Shown: piece after piece, positions 1-10,458 of the stretch
How the letters are laid out: every line of letters starts with the position of its first letter
Numbering within the stretch: position 1 is the first letter of the stretch
DNA from: Saccharicrinis sp.
GTDB lineage: Bacteria > Bacteroidota > Bacteroidia > Bacteroidales > Marinilabiliaceae
Direction: 5' to 3'
DNA: 63,339 nucleotides
Assembly (NCBI GenBank): GCA_041595375.1
Contig: JBFHKL010000001.1
Span: forward strand, 1-63,339
Notes under the pieces: generated by a model
Told to the model about the DNA's origin: nothing
Seen by the model: the letters and a program-made list of their open reading frames with translations, nothing else
The model's database searches: none
Made by a program: the position numbers and the translations under genes

Positions 1-286
1 AGGAGTAGATGCTAACGACAATAGATTGATTAGAACCAGAATAAAAACGGCGACAAGGAATTTTAATCGAAGACTGGAATTAGTTGCCGAAAAGGCAGGA
101 ATAGACAAAAAAATGAGCATGCATATCGCTCGGCATAGCTTTGGAAATATTTCTGGAGACAAAATACCCATCCAGATGTTACAAAAACTATACAGACATT
201 CGTCGGTTACAACCACGATACTTTATCAATCAAATTTTCTTCAAAGTGATACAGATGAAGCCCTTGATAAGGTTATTAATTTTTAG
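1..286 (+). CDS. Tyrosine recombinase/site-specific integrase, C-terminal part (5' end outside window)
   Basis: HIARHSF (HxxR) and YRHSSVTTTILY (H...catalytic Tyr) boxes of phage-integrase-family recombinases. Confidence 0.9.
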   Translation, partial: GVDANDNRLIRTRIKTATRNFNRRLELVAEKAGIDKKMSMHIARHSFGNISGDKIPIQMLQKLYRHSSVTTTILYQSNFLQSDTDEALDKVINF

Positions 287-366
287 GGCTGAAATTGAGT
301 TTTTGACCTATAAAGTGTTTCATCTATTAATCATAAATTTTGATAATCAGTATTTCAAGCATTTTA

Positions 367-388
367 GATTCAAATCCTGTCATCCCAA
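367..388 (+). mobile_element. Putative att site: degenerate copy of a tRNA 3' end (tRNA-Pro-like)
   Basis: GATTCAAATCCTGTCATCCCAA resembles the T-loop and acceptor strand GGTTCGAATCCTGTCATCCCGA; it lies 80 bp after the integrase stop and no tRNA 5' half is present. Confidence 0.6.
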
Positions 389-581
389 TTTTTTAAAAGG
401 CCTAAACACTAATATAATTTACACTCATAATTAATTTAAGAGTTAATATTCTGTGTCGATTGAAAGTGATAAAAATTAAAGCCTAAAAAATATTATTTTT
501 ACAGGCTCTTCTTTAATAATTATACAGGTTTTTTAAGGCCGTATACTAGTTTCAATCTAAGATTCTTGTGTCAATTATAAG

Positions 582-642
582 TATTTGAGCAAGATATTGG
601 TGGATTTGAGTAACCATTTTTAATAATTTTCATTAAAATTTG
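582..642 (+). promoter_or_regulatory. Putative HTCS operator/promoter (copy 1)
   Basis: TATTTGAGCA (582) and GATTTGAGTA (603) direct repeats 21 bp apart; AAAATTTG (-7-like) starts 32 bp after the second, matching the spacing of the other copies. Confidence 0.5.
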
Positions 643-658
643 TGGAAAATTAAGAGAA

Positions 659-1713
659 ATGAATAGTGTAATTATGATTGTATATATTGTTTGCATTTTA
701 CTTTTAGTGCTTTTCTTTAATCTTAATTTTTCTATAAAAGAGTTCTCATTTAGTAAATCACTTGTACTTAGTAAATATATTTTACCGACATTAGAGGATT
801 GGTGGAATTGTTGTATGACGACACCTATTTTTGATGAAAACGGGAAATTGCATGTGTTCATGTCCAACATACCCAAAATTGGGAGTTGGTTAAAAAACAG
901 TAAAATAGAAGATTTAACAGCCGATAGACTTGAAGGTCCTTAAACTTTTATAGAAACTACGTTTGCTAGTAAAACAAAAGCATATCATAACCCGCGGATA
1001 TCAGAAGTTAAAGCCTCTTATGTACTTGTTTATTTGCTCAAGAGCATGTCAATTCCAAGGGTAAATCAAAAGATTCGGTTGGCCACCTCAAAGTCATTAT
1101 ATGGTCCTTGGAAAGAAAACCTCTTTAATCCTATTCTTAAAGCTTCAGGGGGACAACTAGATGAGCCAAATATAATCCACGCTTCCAATCCTACATATTT
1201 AGTTGATGCTGATGGTAGATTTAGGAGATATTACAAGCCGATTTCCGATAAATATGCACCCAAGGAATACTGGGAAATTTCTATGGCAACCAGCGAGAAT
1301 ATAGAAGGCCCTTACGTTAATTTTTTAAAGAACGACTCAATTAGCTTTGCGAATGAAAAATTGGATATTGAAGATCCTTATGCTTTTTAATATAAAGGCA
1401 TGTATTATATGATTATTGAAGACCGAATGGATGTAAAATGCGCCTTAGAAGGAAAACCCACGCCGCAAGTTAAAAATAAACTTGGTGGTAATCATTCTGG
1501 ATTAATCCATAAATCTAAAGATGGGATAAACTTGGGAGAACCCGAAATAGGCTATAATATAAATAATTATTGTTTAATGTGGACTTAGCAAGAACTAAAA
1601 GACCTCATATTTTATGGAAAAATGGGGTATCCGAATGTCTCTTTCTTGCATTTCATGACAAAGATACATCAGCTAGTTTTTTCTAGAAGATTGATGGTTG
1701 GAAACTAGATTAA
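659..1713 (+). pseudogene. Five-bladed beta-propeller glycoside hydrolase (GH43/GH117-like) pseudogene
   Basis: ORFs 659, 1034 and 1400 share one frame, broken by TAA at 941 and 1388. A frameshift near 1580 leads to ARTKRPHILWKNG...*KIDGWKLD. Propeller motifs: LEGP, YHNPRI, LYGPW, SNPT, IEGPY, IEDPY. Confidence 0.8.
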
Positions 1714-1897
1714 AATATTGAAAAAAAACAAATTAATAATTTAATAGAATTTAAAAAATCAGATTTTAATATTTCGTTTTTAGAGATTCTTTATTTAATG
1801 ATTTTGAGTACTTTAATTCTGATAAATATTTGTGATTATTTGAAATAACAATATGTATTTTAAGCTAAACTAATATATAAAAAAGAAAAAAAACGAC

Positions 1898-3385
1898 ATG
1901 AAATTTAACAATAAACAAAGCCTAACATTTCTTATAGTTTTGGTAATGATACAGACGGGCATCACCCAACCTAAAGACAGGAATTTAAAAAATAGCCGCC
2001 CTAATATCATTTTTGTTATGACGGACGACCAAGGTATGGGCGATTTGTCATGTATGGGAAATCAGGTAGTTAAAACCCCGAATATTGATGAATTTTATAA
2101 TAAATCTACACGGTTTACAGAATACCATGTAAGCCCAACCTGTGCACCTACCCGTGCCGCTTTAATGAGTGGACGCCACGAATTTAGGGTGGGTGTTACC
2201 CATACTATTTTAGCAAGAGAAAGGATGGCTTTGGATGTTTATACCTTACCTCAAGCTTTGCAATCAGGAGGCTATGAGACCGGTATTTTTGGTAAATGGC
2301 ATTTAGGTGATGCTGATGAGTATCTGCCCGGAAACCGAGGGTTTGATGAAGTTTTGATACATGGGGCAGGTGGCATAGGTCAAGTAAATTTTGGAGATTT
2401 CCCTCCCAATAGTGAGAATTTGTACTTTGATAATGTGTTGTTGCACAACGAAACCATTGTAAAAACAAAAGGTTTTTGTACCGATGTATTTTTTGATGCG
2501 GCATTGGCGTGGACCAAAGAGAAAATAGATTCCCAACAAGCTTACTTCACCTATATTTCATTGAATGCACCCCACGCGCCCCTTGTGGCTCCTGAAAAAT
2601 ACAAAAAGAGATTTTTAGAGTTAGGTTATGATGATGGAACAGCAGGAAGGTATGGTATGATTGAGAACATAGATGATAATTTCGGCAAGCTGATGAAAAA
2701 ATTAGCGGAGTGGAATGCATTGGGAAAAACACTTGTAATTTTCACGACAGATAATGGCGCAACACATTTATCAGGAACCTTAAATGGGGAAAAAGTAAAA
2801 CACTTTAATGCCAATTTAAAAGGTGGAAAAAATTCACCTTATGAAGGCGGAAACCATGTGCCTTTCTTTTGGTATTGGAAAGGTGTGCTCTCTGAAGGTA
2901 AAGATATTAATCAGCTTGCTGCTCACATTGATATTTATCAAACTTTTGTTGAATTAGCTGGTGTGAAACTGCCTGAAAAAATACAACCGCTGGAAGGACG
3001 TTCTTTGGTTCCTTTATTGAAAAACTCTAAGTCTAAATGGGAAGATCGTTTGCTGTTCACCCATTGTGGGCGTTGGGCATCGGGTAAAATTGATGAAGCA
3101 CAATATAAATCATTTGCGGTTAGAAATCAAAAATGGCGATTTGTTAACAACGATCAATTGTATGATATAGCTTCTGATCCAGGGGAGACGATAAACGTTT
3201 TTGATGCATACCCTCAAGTTATATCAACTTTCAAAGCGCCTTATGATAATTGGTGGCAAGAGTCCATTCCTTTAATGGTGAATGAAAACCGTACGAAGGT
3301 GGATGAACACCCATTACACATTCGGTATAATAAACAATTGAAAGAACAAGGTATTCCAGATTGGAGTCCGGAACTTAATTTATAA
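1898..3385 (+). CDS. S1 (formylglycine-dependent) sulfatase
   Basis: Signal peptide; PNIIFVMTDDQG, CAPTRAALMSG (CxPxR), GKWHLG, FTTDNG. Confidence 0.95.
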   Translation: MKFNNKQSLTFLIVLVMIQTGITQPKDRNLKNSRPNIIFVMTDDQGMGDLSCMGNQVVKTPNIDEFYNKSTRFTEYHVSPTCAPTRAALMSGRHEFRVGVTHTILARERMALDVYTLPQALQSGGYETGIFGKWHLGDADEYLPGNRGFDEVLIHGAGGIGQVNFGDFPPNSENLYFDNVLLHNETIVKTKGFCTDVFFDAALAWTKEKIDSQQAYFTYISLNAPHAPLVAPEKYKKRFLELGYDDGTAGRYGMIENIDDNFGKLMKKLAEWNALGKTLVIFTTDNGATHLSGTLNGEKVKHFNANLKGGKNSPYEGGNHVPFFWYWKGVLSEGKDINQLAAHIDIYQTFVELAGVKLPEKIQPLEGRSLVPLLKNSKSKWEDRLLFTHCGRWASGKIDEAQYKSFAVRNQKWRFVNNDQLYDIASDPGETINVFDAYPQVISTFKAPYDNWWQESIPLMVNENRTKVDEHPLHIRYNKQLKEQGIPDWSPELNL

Positions 3386-3448
3386 CATTCCGATCAAATA
3401 CTACATGGTATGCCTTCTGTTTAGCTTTATTTAACATGAATTTATAAA

Positions 3449-3703
3449 ATGAACCCATTAAGATATATAGCAATTTCAATAGTGCTTTTCACTATTCTTT
3501 CGTGTATAAATGCTTCGAAGAATGTAAGATACTAGTACGAACACGCATGTCGAATATTTGCAAACTAAAGCCTACCGCAAACAAAAGAATTGATTGGAAT
3601 GTTGCCTGAATTAAAATTGATTTGGATTGATGGTGAAGGTTTTGTGACCGAAAAGTAGTCTTTTGAGTTTTATAATTTGGTATATGAATTAAATCTAAAT
3701 ATT
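3449..3703 (+). pseudogene. Internally deleted GH29 alpha-L-fucosidase remnant
   Basis: ATG 3449 gives a lipoprotein signal MNPLRYIAISIVLFTILSC then a stop. Downstream EYLQTKA/[frameshift]PQTKELIGMLPELKLIWIDGEGFVTEK*SFEFY aligns with [41 protein letters not shown] of the GH29 at 43597. Confidence 0.7.
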
Positions 3704-3965
3704 TCGTTTATTGCAATACCATTCATATTATATTGAGTTTTTTAAGAAAAAAATGAATGAGCGGTTATTATAATTCGTTTGTAAATCCTTTTCGTTAAGA
3801 AATGCATTGTTATATTTATTTTAAAGTAAGGAGATTAATGTTTAAGCTGGTTCGAAAATTAAATAAATTAAACAGTTCTATAGCTTCAATAGGTTATCAA
3901 AGTCATGTATATTAGTAGATTTAATTGTCATTTTATTACAAAAAAGCTTTAAAGGGATACAAGAT

Positions 3966-6900
3966 ATGAAAGTAAGGATAATTTATCTGTTAACGTTTTT
4001 GTACATGAGTTTTAATTATGCTCAAACAAAAAATGTCAGGTATAGTAATCAACGGATTGAGTTTTTTAAGAGTGAACAAGGGTTTTATCAAAATACCATA
4101 CATGCAATCATTTCCGATTCCAAAGGTTATTTGTGGATTGGTACCCCAAATGGGTTGGTAAAATATGATGGATATTCATTTGATTATTATTATCATAACT
4201 ATGAAGATCCAGAATCTTTAATTAATAACTATATATCACATCTTTTTACCGATTCTAAAGGTCGGTTGTGGATTGGAACAAGAGAAGGTCTGTGTTTGTA
4301 TTTAACAGATACAGAGCAGTTTATACCTATAGAAAAATCTACTAAAAAAGTGCTTTTTATAAAAGAAGATTCTAATAATAGGGTTTGGGTAGGTGATGAT
4401 AATAAGATAGAAGTATATTATTCTGGTTATGATGCTTTAGATAAAGTAGATAAAATATCTGAAATCAATTTAGAAAAGCAATTAGGAGGAAAGGCAATTA
4501 CCGATCTGGAATTTAACCCAAGTTCAGGATTGTTGGTAGCTACAAATAATAAAGTTTTCAAATTAGATTTTAATGAAAAAGAAAATTACACTTTCGGGAT
4601 TCTGGAACTACAAATAGATTCAAATATTAATAACATAAAAAAAATACTTAAGGTTGATAATTCATTATGGATTGGAACAAATTCAGGGCTTTATCAAACG
4701 TTTCAAGAAAACAGCCGATTAATTACAGTGGGGTCACATTTTAATTCAGAAAAGGAAGGTTTTAAAACACCTTATAATATTTTATCACTATATCTGGATA
4801 AAGAAAAAAAATTATGGATTGGAACTAGAAAGAATGGGGTTTTATACTACGATGCAAAGAAAACTGAATTCACCTCCTTTAAGTTTGATTCCAAGTATAG
4901 TAATGGATTAACAAGTAATCGTGTAAACTGTTTTTTTGAAGACGCTTTTGGTGTTTTATGGATTGGAACAGCTCAAGGTGGATTGAATAAATTTGATAAA
5001 AACCAAAAACCCTTTCAAAATTATTACCATAATCCGTATGATGATGAATCTATTTCCAGTAATTTGATTACAGATATAACAGAAGCGTCAGATGGCAAAA
5101 TTTGGATTTCGTTTTTTGAAAGTGCCATTTGTAGGACTAAAGAAAAATTAAATATACAAACAGGTAGTCAAATTCATTTTGAGCGTTTAGAAAAGCAATT
5201 GAGTAAATTAAAGTCTCAATGGATTTTACGTATTTATCAAGATCATAAAGGGTATTGGTGGATTGGTACCAATGAAGGTCTGTATTTGTACGATGAAAAA
5301 AAGGATATATTAAAAAACCTGCTAATTAAAGTTGAAGGCAAGTTGGTAAATCCCATTTTTTATAGATTGATAGACCAAATCAATGCAAACCAAATTATAA
5401 TAGGTGGTTCACAGGTGTTTATTTTAGATAATCCTTGGGGTCATGTTTTTGATAATACACCGCTAGAAGCTGGAAAACCACTGTTTAGTATAGGTAAGGA
5501 TAATCAAATACATGATTATTTAAAGGACGATTTTGGGAACTATTGGTTCATAACGGTAAATGGCGCTTTTAGGGTCATTTCTAAAAAAGGGTCATGGTTG
5601 GTAAAAAACCATATTGCAACTTCAACAGCAAACAATAAATTAAAAATTAGTAACAACCGTATCATGTCTATTCACAAAAGTGCCAATAAAGACATTTGGT
5701 TAGGCACATTTGGAGGTGGTTTAATGAAAATTCAATTAAATTCTTCTGGCGAACCTAAAGAAATAAAGAGCTATCATAGAAAAGAAGGACTCCGTGATGA
5801 AGCTATATACGGCATATTGGAAGATGATAAAGGACATTTATGGTTAAGTACAGATATGGGTATTGGTTGTTTTGATCCTTTAAAAGAAACATTTGATTTT
5901 TATGATGTAAACAATGGTATTTTAAGCAATAATTTTAGGCAATCGGCTTATTTAAAAACAAAAAAAGGAACCATTTTAATGGGCGGCGTTGGCGGTTTAA
6001 CAATTTTCAACCCCAATCAAATCCATAAAAACGAGATAATACCAAAGATATTAATATCTCGATTAAAAATAAACAACCAACCCATTGTAGTTGGAAAAAA
6101 GGTGAATAATAAAGTTGTGCTAGAACGCTCAATATCCGATACAAAAACACTGGTTCTGGGGTCAAATAGTAGAAATATTTCATTGGATATTATTGTACAA
6201 CACAGTGCTACTCCAAACAAAAACAAATTAGCTTATAAGTTAGAAGGCGTCAATAAAGATTGGATTGAAGTTGATGCTGGAAAAACAACTGCTACTTATA
6301 CCAATTTAAGTCCAGGTACCTATAATTTTCTATATAAAGGTGCTAATGGAGATGGAGTTTGGACCACCAATACGGAAAATTTCACCATAAAAGTTTTAGC
6401 TCCTTGGTATTTAAGATGGTGGAGTATAACCATATGGACAATATTGGTAATTCTGATGGCATATGGCGTTTTTGCCTATTTGGTTAAATTAGAAAAATTA
6501 AACCAAAAACTTAAATTCGAGCAATTGGATAAAGAACGGGTTCAGGATATGAATCAAGCCAAATTAAGATTTTTTACCAATATATCACACGATTTTAAAA
6601 CACCGCTTTCTTTAATTATTGGGCCTCTTGAAAAAATAGCTGAACAGAATATTGATTTAGGAAATCAAAAATATTTTTCAATCATTAAAAATAATATTAC
6701 AAGGCTTCAACGTCTAATCGATCAACTTATTTCTTACAGAAAGGTGGAAACGGGTCATCTAGAATTAAACTATTCAAAAATCACTTTAGGAAATTTTATA
6801 TATCCCTTAATAGAAGCTTTTGAAGAATATTCTGAAAAAACACTTCTGAATTTTTACTATAAAGTAGATGAACCCAACAAACTGATTTCTTTAGATATAG

Positions 6901-8105
6901 ATAAAACGGAGCGAATTCTGCTAAACTTATTTTCAAACGCAGTTAAATATTCCGATTCAAATAGGGAAGTTAGTATTGAGGCAGGGTTTATAACAGAAAA
7001 TGAAAACGAATCGCTTTTCATTCAAGTAACAAACACGAGTGAAGGTATTCCTTTAGATAAAATCGATAAAATATTTGATCGTTTTTATCGAGGTGTAGAT
7101 GATAAAAATGACTGGAATGGTACAGGTATTGGTCTTGCTCTTTGCAAATCATTGATAGAATTAATGGAAGGTACCATCAACGTTTCAAGTGAACTTGACA
7201 AGAAAACAATTTTTAAAATAACGTTGCCCATTGTAGATAAAGGAGTTTATCTGGAAGAGGGCGAATTATACAAATACCATAAATTAGTAACTGATTGGTT
7301 GCCCATTGAATTGGAGGGAGTTCAAGATCAAGCTGTAGATACATTGCGTCCAACCATTTTGGTGATTGATGACGAAAAGGATGTACGTTCGTTTCTGTAC
7401 GAATCTTTTAAAAATAATTACAATGTTTTACTCGCTGCAGATGGCGAAGAAGGCTTGAGAAAATTAAATGAAACGCCGCCGCAATTGGTTATTAGCGATG
7501 TTATGATGCCTAAATTGAGTGGCTATGAAGTTTGCGAAAAAATTAAATCCAGTACTGAATTTTGCCATATACCTGTAATATTATTAACAGCTATAGGCGA
7601 GAATATTAAAGAAATTCAGGGGTTGGAAATGGGAGCCGATGATTATATTGTGAAGCCATTTTCAATTAAGTATTTAGAAGTTAGGGTAAAAACACTCATT
7701 GAAAACAAACAACGCATCTTTGAGTATTTCTCCAGAAATAGTTTTCTTCCTAAAGATTCTTTAATAGCTTCTAATAAAGACAAACAGTTTTTAAAAAAAA
7801 TTAATACTTCTATAGAAAAAAACATGGCAAATTCTGCTTTTGGGGTTGAAGAGTTAGCTACCGATATTGGTATGAGCACCTCTAATTTTTTTAGAAAACT
7901 GAAAGAACTAACCGGACAAGCACCTAGCGTATATCTTAGAAACTTTCGTTTACAAAAAGCAGCTGAATTATTAACTGCCAATAAAAATTTATCTGCGGCC
8001 GATGTTATGTTCGAAATTGGTATAGAGTCAAAGTCATATTATTCTTCAGCATTTAAAAGAATTCATGGATTATCTCCTTCAGAGTTTGTGAAAAAGCATG
8101 ATTGA
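3966..8105 (+). CDS. Hybrid two-component system (HTCS) sensor-regulator
   Basis: Repeated DSKGxLWIGT propeller units, Y_Y_Y domain, TM helix, HisKA FFTNISHDFKTPL, HATPase GTGIGL, receiver SDVMMP, C-terminal AraC HTH. Confidence 0.97.
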   Translation: MKVRIIYLLTFLYMSFNYAQTKNVRYSNQRIEFFKSEQGFYQNTIHAIISDSKGYLWIGTPNGLVKYDGYSFDYYYHNYEDPESLINNYISHLFTDSKGRLWIGTREGLCLYLTDTEQFIPIEKSTKKVLFIKEDSNNRVWVGDDNKIEVYYSGYDALDKVDKISEINLEKQLGGKAITDLEFNPSSGLLVATNNKVFKLDFNEKENYTFGILELQIDSNINNIKKILKVDNSLWIGTNSGLYQTFQENSRLITVGSHFNSEKEGFKTPYNILSLYLDKEKKLWIGTRKNGVLYYDAKKTEFTSFKFDSKYSNGLTSNRVNCFFEDAFGVLWIGTAQGGLNKFDKNQKPFQNYYHNPYDDESISSNLITDITEASDGKIWISFFESAICRTKEKLNIQTGSQIHFERLEKQLSKLKSQWILRIYQDHKGYWWIGTNEGLYLYDEKKDILKNLLIKVEGKLVNPIFYRLIDQINANQIIIGGSQVFILDNPWGHVFDNTPLEAGKPLFSIGKDNQIHDYLKDDFGNYWFITVNGAFRVISKKGSWLVKNHIATSTANNKLKISNNRIMSIHKSANKDIWLGTFGGGLMKIQLNSSGEPKEIKSYHRKEGLRDEAIYGILEDDKGHLWLSTDMGIGCFDPLKETFDFYDVNNGILSNNFRQSAYLKTKKGTILMGGVGGLTIFNPNQIHKNEIIPKILISRLKINNQPIVVGKKVNNKVVLERSISDTKTLVLGSNSRNISLDIIVQHSATPNKNKLAYKLEGVNKDWIEVDAGKTTATYTNLSPGTYNFLYKGANGDGVWTTNTENFTIKVLAPWYLRWWSITIWTILVILMAYGVFAYLVKLEKLNQKLKFEQLDKERVQDMNQAKLRFFTNISHDFKTPLSLIIGPLEKIAEQNIDLGNQKYFSIIKNNITRLQRLIDQLISYRKVETGHLELNYSKITLGNFIYPLIEAFEEYSEKTLLNFYYKVDEPNKLISLDIDKTERILLNLFSNAVKYSDSNREVSIEAGFITENENESLFIQVTNTSEGIPLDKIDKIFDRFYRGVDDKNDWNGTGIGLALCKSLIELMEGTINVSSELDKKTIFKITLPIVDKGVYLEEGELYKYHKLVTDWLPIELEGVQDQAVDTLRPTILVIDDEKDVRSFLYESFKNNYNVLLAADGEEGLRKLNETPPQLVISDVMMPKLSGYEVCEKIKSSTEFCHIPVILLTAIGENIKEIQGLEMGADDYIVKPFSIKYLEVRVKTLIENKQRIFEYFSRNSFLPKDSLIASNKDKQFLKKINTSIEKNMANSAFGVEELATDIGMSTSNFFRKLKELTGQAPSVYLRNFRLQKAAELLTANKNLSAADVMFEIGIESKSYYSSAFKRIHGLSPSEFVKKHD

Positions 8106-8233
8106 TTTGAGTATCAAATTTAATTAAACTCTTTAAATACAAGGGTTTATCTGGTTTTTTTAGGCTTACTCAAATCATGCAAGCAAATAGCATGATTTGA
8201 GTAAGCCTTTTTTATAATGTTTATGCAAATTTG
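8104..8233 (+). promoter_or_regulatory. Putative HTCS operator/promoter (copy 2)
   Basis: GATTTGAGTA at 8104 and 8194, inverted copy at 8167, CAAATTTG at 8226 (variant of the Bacteroidota -7 element TAnnTTTG). Confidence 0.6.
8162..8214 (+). terminator. Perfect 19-bp inverted repeat plus T-run after the HTCS gene (overlaps the operator)
   Basis: AGGCTTACTCAAATCATGC-9 nt-GCATGATTTGAGTAAGCCT followed by Ts. Confidence 0.6.
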
Positions 8234-8549
8234 TAGAAGCCAAACTAAACGGAAGTCATCAAATTAAGTTTCATCAGTCCGATTTTATTGAATACTATGA
8301 GGTTCTTTATAATTTTGAGTATATATAGTAATTAAAAGTTACGTGTAAGTTACTTTAAATTTTATTGGATTTAAAGGTGCTGTGTGCCAATTTTAGTACT
8401 CAAAAGAATATCTAGTTTAATAGCGGAATTGATTTGAAAATTTTAGTGATTCTTCACTTAGGGTGGTATTAGATCATCGGTTATTTTAAATAATTTTTCG
8501 TAAACTTTTTACATGCAGAAAAAAAGGAAATTTAATATTAGGAATCTTA

Positions 8550-10307
8550 ATGGCAATGCTCTTTTCTTTTCAGCTTTTTGCACAAGAAAAAAAGGAAAAA
8601 AGTGAGAGTCAAGGAATGGATGAGATGTGGGGAGAAGCTTCAGTTTCTGATACCAAAATTAGGGAAGGTAGAGATAAGTTTTTTGATGAAAGCAATTTTG
8701 GTATGTTTATTCATTGGGGTTTGTTTTCAGACTTGGCTGGGAAATGGAAAGATAAGACGTATTATGGAATTGGTGAATGGTTAATGAATCCAAGAGTAGC
8801 TAATATTCCTACTAAAGAATACATGGAAGTTTCAAAAGACTTTAATCCAACAAAATTTGATGCCAAAGCTATTGCAAAATTAGCCAAAGATGCTGGCATG
8901 AAGTATGTCATCATCACCAGTAAACATCATGAAGGTTTTGCCATGTTCGATTCTAAAGCCAGTGATTTCAATATTGTTGATGCCACTCCTTTTGGGCGCG
9001 ATCCTATGAAAGAGTTATCAGCCGCATGTAATGAGCTTGGATTGGGCTTCGGATTTTATTATTGGCATTATCAAGATTGGACGACGCCTGGTGCAGCTGG
9101 TGGTCCAGAAAAAAATTCTATTGGTACTAAAGCTTCTTTTAAAGACTATTTCTATAATAAATGCAAACCCCAAGCAAAGGAAATCTGCTCTAATTACGGA
9201 GTCATAGATTTTGTGTGGTTTGATACTCTGGGGGGTATGCCAAAGGAATTTGTTGTTGAATTGGCAGATATGGTAAGGGAATTACAGCCTAATACCATGC
9301 TTTGTAGTCGAGTTGGTTATGGTTTGGGCGATTATGTAAGCCATGGAGACATGGTGGTGCCGCCAGTAAATTTAGATATTTTATGGGAAAGTTGCGATAC
9401 CAATAACGATTCATGGTCCTATGCTTGGTATGATAACAACTTTAAAAGTCCCAAGGAAATTTTACATAGATTGATTTCAACTGTAGGAAGAGGAGGTACT
9501 TACTTATTTAATATCGGACCTAGAGGCGATGGTAGTGTGCCAGAAATAGGCTCGCAGTTTTTACAACAAGCAGGACAATGGATAAAAAAATATCCACAAG
9601 TTATTTATAATGCAGGAAGTTCACCCTGGGGGCATGCTTTGCCATGGGGCGATGTTACCACACAAGGTAATTCATTGTTCCTTTCAGTTTTTGATTGGCC
9701 AAGAGATGGCAAATTGTATCTACCAGGTTTAGAATCCGATGTCCTTTCAGCAAAAATAGTGGGAGACTCCAATGATCTTAAATTCACAAAGAAAAACAAT
9801 TGGACCATTTTTGAAGTACCTTATAAAATCCCAGACTCTCCAGTTTCTGTTATAGAAGTCAAATTGAATAATAAAGCTATGGTTCAACAAACCCATGGTG
9901 TTTATCCGAATATCCCAACTACAATATTAACAGATTTCGCGAATGTTTCTAATGCTAATAAAGAATCTATTAGGTGGATGGAAAAATTTGGTGAATGGAA
10001 TAAAACAACCCAAGTGGATAAATGGGAAAAAAATGGAAAAGTTGAATGGGAAATAAATATTTTGGAACCAGGCTATTACTATTTAGAGTTAATTTATAAA
10101 GGTGAGGATCGTTTGGTTTGGAAAACAATTACTGATGAAGGTGTATTGGTGCAAAACCAACAAGCAGCCACCGAAAAATATCAAATGTACCCTATGGGGA
10201 TTATAGAGTTTAAAACCGCAGGAAAGCATACAGTAACAGTTTCTTTAGTAGAAGGAAACCCTGAAATATCTAGTTTAAAATCAATAGTATTTAAACCTAT
10301 ACCTTAA
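8550..10307 (+). CDS. GH29 alpha-L-fucosidase with C-terminal beta-sandwich/CBM-like domain; probable true start 8513 is out of frame at an A7 run
   Basis: FGMFIHWG, ITSKHHEGF, VWFD nucleophile region, NIGP; close paralog of 32780..34570. Confidence 0.92.
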   Translation: MAMLFSFQLFAQEKKEKSESQGMDEMWGEASVSDTKIREGRDKFFDESNFGMFIHWGLFSDLAGKWKDKTYYGIGEWLMNPRVANIPTKEYMEVSKDFNPTKFDAKAIAKLAKDAGMKYVIITSKHHEGFAMFDSKASDFNIVDATPFGRDPMKELSAACNELGLGFGFYYWHYQDWTTPGAAGGPEKNSIGTKASFKDYFYNKCKPQAKEICSNYGVIDFVWFDTLGGMPKEFVVELADMVRELQPNTMLCSRVGYGLGDYVSHGDMVVPPVNLDILWESCDTNNDSWSYAWYDNNFKSPKEILHRLISTVGRGGTYLFNIGPRGDGSVPEIGSQFLQQAGQWIKKYPQVIYNAGSSPWGHALPWGDVTTQGNSLFLSVFDWPRDGKLYLPGLESDVLSAKIVGDSNDLKFTKKNNWTIFEVPYKIPDSPVSVIEVKLNNKAMVQQTHGVYPNIPTTILTDFANVSNANKESIRWMEKFGEWNKTTQVDKWEKNGKVEWEINILEPGYYYLELIYKGEDRLVWKTITDEGVLVQNQQAATEKYQMYPMGIIEFKTAGKHTVTVSLVEGNPEISSLKSIVFKPIP

Positions 10308-10458
10308 ATATAAATTGGATTATAAAATTTTGGTGAATAATAAGTTAGAGTTTTAGAATGAAATGAGTAATGTATCTCACTAATTTGAAGACATGATTCA
10401 AAATCACCAAATAGATTACAAAAACCAAACTAACACTAATATTTAAATTAAATTAATT

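Noticed and set aside
141-876. ORFs 141..434 (+) and 571..876 (-)
   Set aside because: They overlap the integrase/att site and the GH pseudogene, show no motifs, and look like chance AT-rich frames
1801-1842. ATTTTGAGTA upstream of the first sulfatase as a fifth operator
   Set aside because: Single half-site with no clear partner repeat, and -7 spacing off; not supportable alone
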